Source: an uncultured Desulfobacteraceae bacterium (GTDB lineage: Bacteria; Desulfobacterota; Desulfobacteria; Desulfobacterales; Desulfosalsimonadaceae). From it: a stretch of DNA of 64,000 nt. Positions within the stretch are counted from its first letter, which is position 1, and each line of letters starts with the position of its first letter. Positions 26,540-36,569 of the stretch are shown here, piece by piece. Position numbers and translations under genes: made by a program. The DNA lies in the NCBI GenBank assembly GCA_964626455.1, contig CAZVFQ010000004.1, forward strand, positions 5,819-69,818. Reading direction: 5' to 3'. The notes below the pieces were generated by a model, which saw only the letters and a list, made by a program, of their open reading frames with translations, had not been told where the DNA came from and searched no databases.

Positions 26540-26602
26540 TTCAATAACACCTTGTTTATAAAACCTTTTTTCTAAATACCGGAAAGATCTGGTTCAGGTT
26601 TA

Positions 26603-27811
26603 TCAAGAGGTTCCCGCGTCCGTGCCCCCGGTTGACAAAACAGTATCCAAACACTCTATCAGCTTGTCAATTTCCTCTGTGGAGATCAAAAGAGGCGGAA
26701 CAAACCTGAGCACATTTTCCTGTGTACAGTTAATCAAAAACCCCCGTTCCATGCAGGCATCTACGATGGGGGCGCCTTTTTGTGAAAGTCTCATGCCCAG
26801 CATAAGCCCTATGCCGCGGACTTCTTCTATTACCGGGTGCCGGTTTTTTAAGCCAAACAGCTTGTCCTTGAAATACTGCCCGGTCCTGCTGCAATATTCC
26901 AGAATGTCTTCTTCCTCGATAAGCTTTAACACTTCAAGGGCTGCAGCGGTAATCACAGGCGTGCCTCCAAAGGTTGATGCATGGGTTCCAGGGGAAAATG
27001 CTGCAGTTACTTCTTCTCTTGCCAGCATGGCGCCTATTGGCAGGCCGTTTCCCAGGGCCTTGGCAAGCGTCATGATGTCCGGCTCAACACCGAAATGCTC
27101 ATAGGCAAACAGTTTGCCGGTTCTTCCGATACCGGTCTGGATTTCATCAAATATAAGCATGATGCCCTTGTCACTGCAAAGCTTCCGCGCTGCCTCCAAA
27201 AAAGCCGGTTCAGCGCAGCGAACGCCGCCCTCGCCCTGAACGGGCTCTATTAACACCGCACATGTCTTGTCTGTAACAGCAGCTTTAAGCTTTTCAATAT
27301 CATTGAACGGCACAAAGTCAAAGCCCTCAAGAATGGGCTCAAAACCTTCGCGCACCTTTTGCTGTCCGGTCGCTGAAAGCGTGGCAAAGGTGCGGCCGTG
27401 AAACGACTGGTCCATGGCAACTATCCGCCAGCGGTCAAACTCGCCCTTGTCAAAGAAATTTTTGCGGGCAAGTTTAATGGCAGCCTCATTGGCCTCGGCC
27501 CCGCTGTTGCAGAAAAACACCCTGTCAGCAAAGCTGTGGGAGGCAAGCCTTTCTGCAAGTTCGATCTGGGGAATGGTATAAAACAGGTTTGAGACATGAA
27601 ACAAACTGTCTGCCTGCCTGGCAAGCGCACGGGTAATCTCCGGGCTTGCATGACCGAGGTTACATACCGCGATGCCGGCAACAAAATCTGTATATTCTCT
27701 GCCCTCTGTATCCCACAGAGTAGAGCCCCTGCCCCTTTCAAACACCAGGGCAAAGCGCTTATAGGTATTTGCGATTACCTTGTTTGCCCGTTTAATGTAA
27801 TCCATGTTCAT
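26603..27811 (-). CDS. argD: Acetylornithine aminotransferase
   Basis: Class III aminotransferase: FCNSGAEANE, DEIQTGIGRTGK, TFGG. Confidence 0.9.
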   Translation of the reverse strand: MNMDYIKRANKVIANTYKRFALVFERGRGSTLWDTEGREYTDFVAGIAVCNLGHASPEITRALARQADSLFHVSNLFYTIPQIELAERLASHSFADRVFFCNSGAEANEAAIKLARKNFFDKGEFDRWRIVAMDQSFHGRTFATLSATGQQKVREGFEPILEGFDFVPFNDIEKLKAAVTDKTCAVLIEPVQGEGGVRCAEPAFLEAARKLCSDKGIMLIFDEIQTGIGRTGKLFAYEHFGVEPDIMTLAKALGNGLPIGAMLAREEVTAAFSPGTHASTFGGTPVITAAALEVLKLIEEEDILEYCSRTGQYFKDKLFGLKNRHPVIEEVRGIGLMLGMRLSQKGAPIVDACMERGFLINCTQENVLRFVPPLLISTEEIDKLIECLDTVLSTGGTDAGTS

Positions 27812-28698
27812 TTTTCCCCCGTATGTGCCGTTACCTGGGTGCCAATGCCCTGGTCGGTAAAAAGCTCCAGGAGCAGGGCATGGCGCCTGGCGCCGTTAAT
27901 GATCTGGACTTTTTCCACCCCGGTTTGCAAGGCATCCAGGGCGTATTCAATCTTTGGGATCATGCCGCCCGATATGGTGCCGTCATGGATCATTCGTCTT
28001 GCGGTTTCCGTGTCTACCGAAGATATCAGGGAGCCGTCTGCATCAAGCAGCCCGTCCACGTCAGTCAGATAAATAAGCCGTCCTGATGCCAGGGCTCCCG
28101 CTACTTTTGAGGCCACCAGGTCCGCGTTTATATTGTAAGTCTCGCCAGAAGAGCCGACCCCCACGGGTGCGATCACCGGAATAAACCCCTGGCCTGACAG
28201 GGTATTGACAAGTTCGGTATTAACACTGGTTACCCTTCCGACCAGCCCGGGGTCGAGAATTTCCGGTGCCGAATTTTCATCAGGCTGGTGCAGAATCTGG
28301 AGCTTTTCAGCCATTAGCAGACTGCCGTCCTTGCCTGTGAGGCCCACGGATTTGCCTCCCTGCCTGCTGATCTGGGCGACAATCGACTTGTTGACGTTTC
28401 CGCCGAGCACCATTTCCACAACATCCATTGTCTCCTGGTCTGTAAAGCGCATGCCGCGGACAAACCTCGGGCTGATGCCCATACGTTCAAGAACGCGGTT
28501 GATCTGGGGGCCGCCTCCGTGAACCACTACAGGGTTGAGCCCTATAAACTTCATCAGGGTTATATCCCTTGCGAAATCCTCTTTTAACTGCTCCTCCACC
28601 ATGGCGTGCCCGCCGTACTTGACCACCACGGTCATGCCTGAAAAAAACCGTATATAAGGCAGGGCCTCGATAAGTATGTCTGCAACATTTCGAGTCAT
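27808..28698 (-). CDS. argB: Acetylglutamate kinase
   Basis: VVKYGGHAM...VVVHGGGPQI...NINAD. A 4-nt overlap with argD. Confidence 0.92.
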   Translation of the reverse strand: MTRNVADILIEALPYIRFFSGMTVVVKYGGHAMVEEQLKEDFARDITLMKFIGLNPVVVHGGGPQINRVLERMGISPRFVRGMRFTDQETMDVVEMVLGGNVNKSIVAQISRQGGKSVGLTGKDGSLLMAEKLQILHQPDENSAPEILDPGLVGRVTSVNTELVNTLSGQGFIPVIAPVGVGSSGETYNINADLVASKVAGALASGRLIYLTDVDGLLDADGSLISSVDTETARRMIHDGTISGGMIPKIEYALDALQTGVEKVQIINGARRHALLLELFTDQGIGTQVTAHTGEK

Positions 28699-28722
28699 AT
28701 GTATCCGCCGGGTTTAAGGTTT

Positions 28723-30114
28723 TTATAGGATATAGCGGCTAAGATCCTCGTCTTCCCGTACATCCCGCAGCTTGTCATCCACAAAGACCCGATCGATGTT
28801 TATTTTCTTTTCGTCCATGTCCGGGGCCTCAAACAGAATATCCTCGAGCAAATGCTCCATAAGGGTATGAAGACGCCTTGCTCCTATATTTTCGTTTCTT
28901 GTATTCACGGTCTCGGCAAAACCCGCTATTTCATCCACAGCCGCATCTTCAAACGACACATCCATGCCTTCGGTGCGCAAAAGCGCGATATACTGGAGCA
29001 GAAGAGCATTTTTCGGCTCCGTTAAAATCCGGACAAAATCGTCCTTGCCCAGGGAGTCAAGCTCCACGCGAATTGGGAAACGTCCCTGAAGCTCCGGGAT
29101 AAGATCCGACGGCTTGCTCGTATGAAATGCGCCCGAGGCCATAAAAAGAATATGATCGGTTTTTACAGGCCCGTGTTTGGTCGTAACCGTACTGCCCTCA
29201 ACAATCGGCAAAAGATCTCGCTGCACTCCCTCACGTGACACATCCGGACCCTGTCCTCCTTCCTTGCCGGTTATCTTGTCGATTTCATCAAGAAAAATAA
29301 TTCCTGACTGCTCAACCTTTTCAATTGCGTCCTGGACCACTTTGTCCATGTCAACAAGCCCCTGTGCTTCTTCCTGGGTGAGGATTTCCATGGCTTCGGC
29401 CACAGTGACTCTGCGCCTTCTCGATGATCCGCGGGGCATAAGGCTGCCTAGCATGTCTTTGAAGTTAATGCCCATTTCCTCCATGCCGGTATTAGAAAAG
29501 ATCTCCACCATGGGCGAGCTGCGATCGGTAACATCTATCTCAACCTGCCTTTGATCAAGTCTTCCATCGCGCAGCATGCGCCTTAGCTTTTCACGGGTTT
29601 CAGACGAGACCCCTTGTTTTTCCGGTTCGTATATTGTAAGACCCGACGAGTCTTGCTGCCCGGTCTGCGAGGAAGCATTTGTTGAGCCGCGCGATCCGGA
29701 TTCGGGCAAAAGACGGTCAAGCAGTCTTTCCTCAGCCATTTCCCTGGCCTTTGGCTGTGCCGCCTCCTGCTCGCGAACCTTTAATTTGTTGATCGTAAAC
29801 TCGAGAAGGTCGCGTATCATGGACTCCACGTCCCTGCCCACATATCCGACTTCCGTAAACTTGGAAGCCTCCACCTTATAAAACGGCGAGTCAGTGAGCC
29901 GGGCCAGTCTGCGTGCGATCTCGGTTTTGCCCACACCCGTGGGGCCGATCAGTATTATGTTTTTCGGCGCGATCTCATCCTGCAGTTCAGGGTCCACCTG
30001 GCGACGCCTCCACCGGTTGCGCAGGGCGATGGCAACCGAGCGCTTGGCATTGTGCTGTCCGATGATATATTTATCGAGTTCTTTTACTATTTCAGATGGT
30101 TTTAAATCAGTCAT
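28723..30114 (-). CDS. hslU: ATP-dependent protease ATPase subunit HslU
   Basis: [39 protein letters not shown]. Confidence 0.95.
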   Translation of the reverse strand: MTDLKPSEIVKELDKYIIGQHNAKRSVAIALRNRWRRRQVDPELQDEIAPKNIILIGPTGVGKTEIARRLARLTDSPFYKVEASKFTEVGYVGRDVESMIRDLLEFTINKLKVREQEAAQPKAREMAEERLLDRLLPESGSRGSTNASSQTGQQDSSGLTIYEPEKQGVSSETREKLRRMLRDGRLDQRQVEIDVTDRSSPMVEIFSNTGMEEMGINFKDMLGSLMPRGSSRRRRVTVAEAMEILTQEEAQGLVDMDKVVQDAIEKVEQSGIIFLDEIDKITGKEGGQGPDVSREGVQRDLLPIVEGSTVTTKHGPVKTDHILFMASGAFHTSKPSDLIPELQGRFPIRVELDSLGKDDFVRILTEPKNALLLQYIALLRTEGMDVSFEDAAVDEIAGFAETVNTRNENIGARRLHTLMEHLLEDILFEAPDMDEKKINIDRVFVDDKLRDVREDEDLSRYIL

Positions 30115-30138
30115 AAAAAATAATCCGCCTTATATTGT

Positions 30139-30288
30139 CGGCTTCGTAAAAAGTCTGATTTTAGATGGCGCCGTAAAAAGTTCAAGATCAAGGCTTGCGC
30201 AATTTCGAAGAATGCAGCGTAGTTAGCCGTACGTGAAATTCTGAGAAATTGCGCGTAACGCAGATATTGAACTTTTTACGGTGCCATC
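30139..30288. repeat. MITE-like repeat, copy A (125-bp unit 30164-30288 preceded by an extra terminal-repeat fragment 30139-30163)
   Basis: Termini GATGGCGCCGTAAAAAGT...ACTTTTTACGGTGCCATC. Aligns by hand, in inverse orientation, to 43576-43700 with about four fifths identity and two 1-nt indels. Confidence 0.75.
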
Positions 30289-30829
30289 ATATTTCTTCAA
30301 CCACAAATTCGTGATTCGTGTAAATGCACAGACCTGCTGCTATCTGCATTGCCTGTCTGACAATTTCCGCCGCATCAAGACCGATATCCCCGGCATAACC
30401 GGCAAGGGCGGATGCTGCCGCATGGGCTGCAACCCCGCCGGAACCTATTGCGATAACATCTTCATCAGGTTCTATAACGTCTCCGTTACCGGAAATAAGA
30501 AGCATCTGGGAGGCGTCAACCGCTATCATCATGGCCTCCAGGCGCCGCAGGTATTTGTCTGTACGCCAATCGCGCGCAAGCTCCACCGCGGCCCGGGTAA
30601 GGTTGCCGTTATAGCGCTCAAGTTTGCCTTCAAGCCGCTCTGTAAGATTCATGGCGTCCGCAGTGGCACCTGCAAATCCGACCACGATCCTGTCATTATA
30701 AATACGGCGCACTTTCCTGGCCCTGTGCTTTACGATCGCATCATTTAAAGTAACCTGCCCATCGCCCGCCACTGCAGCTCTGCCGTTGTAGCGAACGGCA
30801 AGTATTGTAGTACCGTGAAAATCCGCCAT
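30287..30829 (-). CDS. hslV: ATP-dependent protease subunit HslV
   Basis: [23 protein letters not shown] (N-terminal Thr protease), GSGG. Confidence 0.95.
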   Translation of the reverse strand: MADFHGTTILAVRYNGRAAVAGDGQVTLNDAIVKHRARKVRRIYNDRIVVGFAGATADAMNLTERLEGKLERYNGNLTRAAVELARDWRTDKYLRRLEAMMIAVDASQMLLISGNGDVIEPDEDVIAIGSGGVAAHAAASALAGYAGDIGLDAAEIVRQAMQIAAGLCIYTNHEFVVEEI

Positions 30830-30847
30830 AAAATTTATCGCCTTTCC

Positions 30848-31810
30848 CTATTTTCTCGGATGCGCACTGTCATAAGCGGCCATGAGCCGGTCAATGCTTA
30901 CATGCGTATACTTCTGGGTTGTGGATAGTTTTTTATGCCCTAAAAGCTCCTGTACCATCCGCAGGTCCAGTCCGGCATCAAGCAGATGCGTGGCAAAAGT
31001 GTGGCGCAGATCATGAGGGGCCACAGGCACCGGCAAACCGGCCGCCCTGGCTGCCTGATCAAGCATTCTCGCAACCGAGCGTTCGCTCAGCCGGCCGCCG
31101 TTTTTGTTCAAAAAAAGCGGTCCCTTCCAGATATCGGGTGTTTTGGCGCTGTTGCCGTAAAGCGCCTCGCGATAGGCCCGGACTGCATCAACCGCCTTTT
31201 TTCCTATGGGCACAATCCGCTCAATTGACCCTTTGCCCAAAACGTGTATCACCCGTGCATCAAAATCTATATCCTCCACATCCAGTCCGACAAGTTCGGA
31301 AACCCGGATACCTGTTGAATAAAGTGTTTCCAGGATGGCACGGTTGCGCTTGCCGGCCAGGGTGTCATCGCTTATTGAATCTATGAGCCTGAACACGTCA
31401 TCAACTGTCAGGTGATTTGGTACCGGCTTGTCCTGTTTCGGTGTGAGTACCGATGCTGCCGGATTTTCCGATATCACCCGGTGTTTTTCCAGATAATTGA
31501 AAAATGACCTGATAGCGGACAGTTTTCTGGCAATCGAGGTCTTTTTGATCTTCTGCTTATAAAGCAGGCCAAGGTAGCTGCGGATTACAACAGATCCTAT
31601 TTCTTCAATATCCTGGCTGCAACCGCAAACCTCCTGCCCGGAATCCTCATCCCGCCCACTCCTTGCCTCGGAACGCCGGGAAATGAAATATGCCAGAAAA
31701 TCCTTTAAATCCCTGGCATATGCCCGGCAAGTATGATCAGAATACCCTTTTTCCGCGGCCAGGTAATCAACGAATGCATCAATTAGCTGTGTTACAGCAG
31801 GTGCGTTCAT
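30848..31810 (-). CDS. xerC: Tyrosine recombinase XerC/XerD family
   Basis: C-terminal HDLRHTFATHLL...LLGH..LSTTQKYTHV catalytic motifs. Linked to hslVU as in many bacteria. The XerC versus XerD assignment is inferred from that linkage. Confidence 0.8.
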   Translation of the reverse strand: MNAPAVTQLIDAFVDYLAAEKGYSDHTCRAYARDLKDFLAYFISRRSEARSGRDEDSGQEVCGCSQDIEEIGSVVIRSYLGLLYKQKIKKTSIARKLSAIRSFFNYLEKHRVISENPAASVLTPKQDKPVPNHLTVDDVFRLIDSISDDTLAGKRNRAILETLYSTGIRVSELVGLDVEDIDFDARVIHVLGKGSIERIVPIGKKAVDAVRAYREALYGNSAKTPDIWKGPLFLNKNGGRLSERSVARMLDQAARAAGLPVPVAPHDLRHTFATHLLDAGLDLRMVQELLGHKKLSTTQKYTHVSIDRLMAAYDSAHPRK

Positions 31811-32394
31811 TCCAGTGCGATCATGGATTCAAGTTCCCGCCAGGTTCCCACCTCGGCAAACGGATGATCTTTTCTGTTCCAGGGCTGTGCGAATACAATG
31901 GGCTTAATCCCCGCATCCGCCAGCAAATAGCAGGTTTCCAGCCTGTCCTCCACAAAGTGGGATATGTTGCGTCCTGCAAGCACTTCACGTTTGTCTTCAA
32001 ATGAGCCCGTGGCAATCACCTCTATTGCATCGGGATTAACCTGAAGAATGCTGCATAGCCAATCCGATATATGATCAGCCTCGGGTCTGGCTGTTACAAA
32101 AAGCGTGGGGTGGCAGCACAGGTTTACACGCCTGAGAACTTCCGGGGCGTGCCTGATCGGATCCAGAGAAAGCGTGTATTTACCCTCAAGTATCCGAAGA
32201 ATAATATCCCAGATAACGCCCTCTTCAACGCCCGCGGATTCGCGCAGATCATAGTCGGTAATATCCTCGTAACGGATATGATTGATGCCGAAATCCGCCT
32301 CTGCAATCGCCAGGAACAGCGACATGGTATCTGCCACCACACCGTCGATATCAAAGGCAAGCCGGGCCGGATCGATTTTCAGGTTGCCGGTCAA
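31807..32394 (-). CDS. HAD-superfamily hydrolase (nucleotidase-like)
   Basis: AFDIDGVVADT (DxDG motif I), 195 aa. A 4-nt overlap with xerC. Confidence 0.6.
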   Translation of the reverse strand: MTGNLKIDPARLAFDIDGVVADTMSLFLAIAEADFGINHIRYEDITDYDLRESAGVEEGVIWDIILRILEGKYTLSLDPIRHAPEVLRRVNLCCHPTLFVTARPEADHISDWLCSILQVNPDAIEVIATGSFEDKREVLAGRNISHFVEDRLETCYLLADAGIKPIVFAQPWNRKDHPFAEVGTWRELESMIALE

Positions 32395-32396
32395 AA

Positions 32397-32726
32397 TTAC
32401 GCAGCCCGCCTGGTTTTTTTCTTCAGCCTGCTGATACGCCTTCTATAGATATCGGCCATTTTCTTGTCATTGTTTTCCAGAAAAGACTGCCGTTGTTTTT
32501 TCAGCTCCCGGATTTTTTCCTTGATCTGGCGCACAGACATGTCTGACTGCTTTTTCCTGCCGGTATCCTCTATACCCTTGGCTTTCTTGATGGCCTTGAT
32601 CAGCTCCGCCTTGTTCATCCCGGAAGCGCCCGTGATATCCGGAAGCTCTCTTGCCACCTCCCGAAGCTCAGTGGCGGTCATTTTCTCAAGGGGTTTTTCC
32701 TTTGCCTGTTTTTCCTTTTTAGCCAT
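32397..32726 (-). CDS. Small Lys/Arg-rich protein with a Rho_N/SAP-like helix-extended-helix motif
   Basis: MTATELREVARELPDITGASGMNKAELIKAIKKAKG followed by a basic coiled tail. Confidence 0.45.
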   Translation of the reverse strand: MAKKEKQAKEKPLEKMTATELREVARELPDITGASGMNKAELIKAIKKAKGIEDTGRKKQSDMSVRQIKEKIRELKKQRQSFLENNDKKMADIYRRRISRLKKKTRRAA

Positions 32727-32857
32727 GGTTTACTCTCATCTCCGTTGATTGTTAAGCCGATTGCCAGAAAATATAAAGCGGAGGTCGCAAGCCCCCGCAA
32801 TCTTATAGAATCAAGTCATGTATGTAAAACATATTTCCCTGCAATGTCAATGGATAT

Positions 32858-33544
32858 TTAACCATTCATCCGGGCCATGACCTTTTTCATATCTTCCCAT
32901 ACAGCTCTTTTTGCATTGGTATGCACCAGCAGGTAGGCCGGTTCATGGGTCGGCATAACCGGTATACCCTCATACTCATAAAAACGCCCTCTTAAGCGGG
33001 AAAACGGCTCATCGGTTTTCAACAAAGTCTGGGCTGCAAAACCGCCAAGCAAACAAATTATCCCGGGACGCACCTCCCTGATCTGCTCCCTTAACCACGT
33101 TCTGCAGGCTCCGGCCTCGAACCGGTCAGGCAGACGATCAGATGAAGGCCTGCACTTGACTGCGTGACATATATAAACAGACTCCCGGCTCTCTCCTATC
33201 GCCTCGATAATGCGGGTAAGCAGGGCGCCTGCCTCTCCGCTGTAAGGTATGCCGGTATCCTCATCATGTGCCTCAGGAAAAGAGCCGACAAACATTAACC
33301 GCGCCTCCGGGCTGCCCTGGCCGAAAACAGCGGATTTTCGCTCATCTGCAAGGCGGCAGCGCCTGCATTTTCTGACGGCGGCCTGAAGGGATGAAAGACC
33401 CTGGCAACCCTCTGCAGCCGGTTTCCAGTTTTCGGTTATTTTCCGGCCTTTTTTGCCTGCGCCTATATTTGTGCCGCCCAGGGCTTTTATAAATTTGAGG
33501 TATTGCCTTGCCTCATCAATGATCTCAACCAGGGGAGAATCCAT
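32858..33544 (-). CDS. Uracil-DNA glycosylase, family 4
   Basis: CRRCRL..., VFGQG...LMFVGSFPEAHDEDTGIPYSGEAGALL, HEPAYLL. Confidence 0.85.
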   Translation of the reverse strand: MDSPLVEIIDEARQYLKFIKALGGTNIGAGKKGRKITENWKPAAEGCQGLSSLQAAVRKCRRCRLADERKSAVFGQGSPEARLMFVGSFPEAHDEDTGIPYSGEAGALLTRIIEAIGESRESVYICHAVKCRPSSDRLPDRFEAGACRTWLREQIREVRPGIICLLGGFAAQTLLKTDEPFSRLRGRFYEYEGIPVMPTHEPAYLLVHTNAKRAVWEDMKKVMARMNG

Positions 33545-33546
33545 TT

Positions 33547-34746
33547 TTATCCGCTCAGCGAACCTATTCGATCAAGAAGGAGGTGGGCTGCTTCTTGCTT
33601 GCTCATAAGCGGCAGTTCCTCGGAGGAGCCGTTTTTGTAAAACAGCCTGATAAGGTTGGTATCTGATGCAAAACCAGAGTCCTCGCCGCCCACAAGGTTG
33701 GCGGCAATCAGATCCAGATTCTTGGCTGCAAGCTTTGCAGTAGCGTTTTTCTCAAGGTCGCGGGTTTCGGCTGCAAAACCTGCCAGAATCTGCCCCGGCT
33801 TTTTACGCCTTCCGAGTTCTGCCAGAATATCTGTCGTCCTGGCAAGCTCCAGGGTCAGCTTCTCCTCGTCTTTTTTAACCTTGTGTGAAGCCGTCTTAAC
33901 CGGCCGATAATCTGATACGGCTGCGACCTTTATTATCACATCAGCATCATCTGATTCTGCAAACACGGTATCTGCCATTTCCCGGGCGGTTACAACCTGA
34001 ATCCTGCGCACGCCTTCCGGGGGGTCAAGGCAGGTGGGCCCGGATACCAGTATAACATGCGCTCCCCTGCCTGCAGCTGCCCTTGCCAGTGCGTATCCCA
34101 TTTTTCCGGACGACGGGTTGCTTATAAACCGCACCGGATCCATCGGTTCCCTGGTGGGGCCGGCAGTGACGACAACTTTTTTGCCGAAATAATCCCTGGG
34201 CAGAAAAACGTCATAAACACATCCGAAAATACGCTCCGGATCAGCAAGCCTTCCAGGACCGACCGCCTTGCATGCAAGCTCGCCCTCACCCGGCTCCACA
34301 ATAATGTAGCCGTCTTTTTCAAGCAGATCCAGGTTTCTTTGTACCGCCCGGTTTTCATACATATGCGTGTTCATTGCCGGGCAAATAACCTTGGGCGCGG
34401 TTACGGCAAGCATGAGGGTGGTAAGAGCGTCATCTGCGATACCATTTGCAAGTTTGCCGATTATATTGCCGGTAGCCGGTGCAATGACAGCGGCGTCTGT
34501 CTGCTCGGCCCATGAAACATGCCGCATGGCATCGCCTGTACCGCCGGTGAACATGTCAATAAATACAGGGTTTCCCGATATTGCCTCAAAGGTGACAGGC
34601 CCAACAAATTTCGCAGCATTCCGGGTCATCGCAACCCGCACGTCTGCCCCTGCACCCTGGAAAAGCCGCATGAGTTCCACACTCTTATAACAGGCAATTC
34701 CCCCGGACACGCCAAGAATTATTCGTTTTTTCCTTAGAGGTTCCAT
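33547..34746 (-). CDS. coaBC: Bifunctional phosphopantothenoylcysteine decarboxylase / phosphopantothenate-cysteine ligase
   Basis: ILGVSGGIACYK, PAMNTHMY, ISNPSSGKMG, AAVSDYRP. Confidence 0.92.
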   Translation of the reverse strand: MEPLRKKRIILGVSGGIACYKSVELMRLFQGAGADVRVAMTRNAAKFVGPVTFEAISGNPVFIDMFTGGTGDAMRHVSWAEQTDAAVIAPATGNIIGKLANGIADDALTTLMLAVTAPKVICPAMNTHMYENRAVQRNLDLLEKDGYIIVEPGEGELACKAVGPGRLADPERIFGCVYDVFLPRDYFGKKVVVTAGPTREPMDPVRFISNPSSGKMGYALARAAAGRGAHVILVSGPTCLDPPEGVRRIQVVTAREMADTVFAESDDADVIIKVAAVSDYRPVKTASHKVKKDEEKLTLELARTTDILAELGRRKKPGQILAGFAAETRDLEKNATAKLAAKNLDLIAANLVGGEDSGFASDTNLIRLFYKNGSSEELPLMSKQEAAHLLLDRIGSLSG

Positions 34747-34859
34747 TAGTTTCAGCCCACAACCGGCTTGCGTGTTGATTTACCAAAGCAATGTATAACA
34801 AATATCTCTGTTTGCAAAATTTGTCAAACCCACAAATTAAGATGGCAAATAAAATTTCC

Positions 34860-34900
34860 TTGACATTTCAACACATGCTCAATATTATGATCATTGATCA
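34860..34900 (+). promoter_or_regulatory. Candidate sigma70 promoter (TTGACA-17 nt-TATTAT) with an overlapping TGATCA-T-TGATCA operator-like repeat
   Basis: TTGACA at 34860-34865, TATTAT at 34883-34888, TGATCATTGATCA at 34888-34900. Lies upstream of the ACAD pseudogene. Confidence 0.45.
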
Positions 34901-34949
34901 AATCCGCTTCCCGCTTCCGCAAACTTCAAATCAATAGGGGATATCAGCC

Positions 34950-35829
34950 ATGTATGATTTCTTGTTGAGCCCTGAAGAGCAAAACCTCAAAAAAGAAGCC
35001 CGCGAGTTTGTACGCGATGAAATTTCCAGCGACTTTTTGCTTAAAATGGACAAAAACGAAATAACCTATCCCAGGCAATTTGTAGAAAAACTTACAGAGC
35101 GTAAACTTTTCGGCATCAGGTTCCCTGAAAAATACGGCGGAAGAAACATGAGCTGGGTGGCTGAAGTCACTGCACTGGAAGAAATCGGGTGCCTGGGAAT
35201 AGCGCTTGGATGCGCATATGCCATGCCAAGCATTGTGGGAGAAGCATTGCACAAATTTGGCACCGAGCAGCAGAAGCAAAAATACTTAAAACCTTATCTT
35301 GAGGGCAAACTTGTTGCAGCAGAAGCACTTACAGAACCAAGGGCTTGACATTGCAGTCAGGTACTCAAACCGGCGCCGTGCGTTTGGAAAGGAAATTCGC
35401 AAATACCAAGCTGTAAGCTTTAACGTTGCAGACTCGATAACCAAGCTTGATGCCGCCCGGGCCATTACCTATATGGCCGCCAGGGCGGTTGATGAAAACT
35501 ACCCCAACGTGCGCCGCCTGGTAAGCGAGTCCAAGAGATATGCAACCGAATCAGCCTGGGAAGTTGTGAACAACGCCATGCAGATAATGGGCGGCATCGG
35601 CTATACAGAAGTTTATCCCATTGAACGGATGCTAAGAGATTTTCGCCTGGGAATGATCTGGACCGGGACATCGGAAATCATGAACCTGTTAATTCAGCAT
35701 GAATACTATAACGAGGTTTTGGATAAGGCATATGACCGCCGGAAAATGGAACCAGACGCAATGATGCCTGATGAAACAGAGCGCTGCTACACGGATGAGG
35801 ACATGGAAGAGGTGTTTAAAAAAAATTGA
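34950..35829 (+). pseudogene. Acyl-CoA dehydrogenase with its middle beta-domain deleted (two ORF pieces in different frames)
   Basis: ORF1 ends ...[10 protein letters not shown] exactly where the TEPxAGSD motif begins. ORF2 resumes at [16 protein letters not shown] (start of the C-terminal helical domain). Together about 295 aa, against 382 aa for the intact paralog at 57000-58148. Confidence 0.7.
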
Positions 35830-35955
35830 CACGGGTAAATTTTGTACTGGAAATTTAATAGAAATATATGTATAATTCGACATTAACAAACAAGCTTGAT
35901 TTTTTCTGAACAAATTTTCCATTACAAAACACTTGCTTCAAAAGGAGAGTTAACC

Positions 35956-36561
35956 GTGGCATTCAAAACCCTTGAACAACTGAGAACCGAAGAAAGAGAG
36001 GCCCGCAGAAAGCTTATTGCAGATGCAGCTAGAGAGCTTTTTTCACGCAAGGAGTTCAGGGAAGTCACTGTGCGGGAAATTGCAAAATCAGCGGGCGTGA
36101 GCGTGGGAACCATCTACAATCATTACATCAGCCTTGACGAGCTTTTCCTTGATGTGTTCCTGGAAAGCGCCAGAGAAATCACGGATCTTATGGACACGGC
36201 CCTTGTTGATGACACCAGCAGGGCATTACACAGTCTCTGCCGCATGTATGTCAACTACTTAATCGAAAACATGACTTTTTTTCAGATGATGAGCCGTTTT
36301 ATCCTGGGAGGGGGGTTGTCTGAAAACGCGACCAGAAGGTTAAACGAGAGCATGCGCTCAATGATGGACCGGGTGGAGCATGCGGTCCGCCTGGCAGGGA
36401 TCAAAAAACAGTCCCGCAAATCAGCCCATGCGATTTTCTCAGCCTTAAACGGCATAATGATCAGCTATGCACGCTATCCCGGCAGAACCCAGAAGGAGCT
36501 TAAAAACTACATGCTGGAGCTGGCGGAAACTGTTGCATCAACCTTTGAAGCCGCCTCTTAG
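35956..36561 (+). CDS. TetR-family transcriptional regulator
   Basis: N-terminal HTH REVTVREIAKSAGVSVGTIYNHY. GTG start at 35956, preceded by AAGGAGA. Confidence 0.8.
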   Translation: MAFKTLEQLRTEEREARRKLIADAARELFSRKEFREVTVREIAKSAGVSVGTIYNHYISLDELFLDVFLESAREITDLMDTALVDDTSRALHSLCRMYVNYLIENMTFFQMMSRFILGGGLSENATRRLNESMRSMMDRVEHAVRLAGIKKQSRKSAHAIFSALNGIMISYARYPGRTQKELKNYMLELAETVASTFEAAS

Positions 36562-36569
36562 AATATCTG

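Noticed and set aside
35299-35829. The second ACAD piece as an independent 176-aa gene, or the split as a programmed frameshift.
   Set aside because: A whole structural domain is missing between the two pieces, not just a frame change. The track Met at 35299 lies inside the first ORF and has no RBS.
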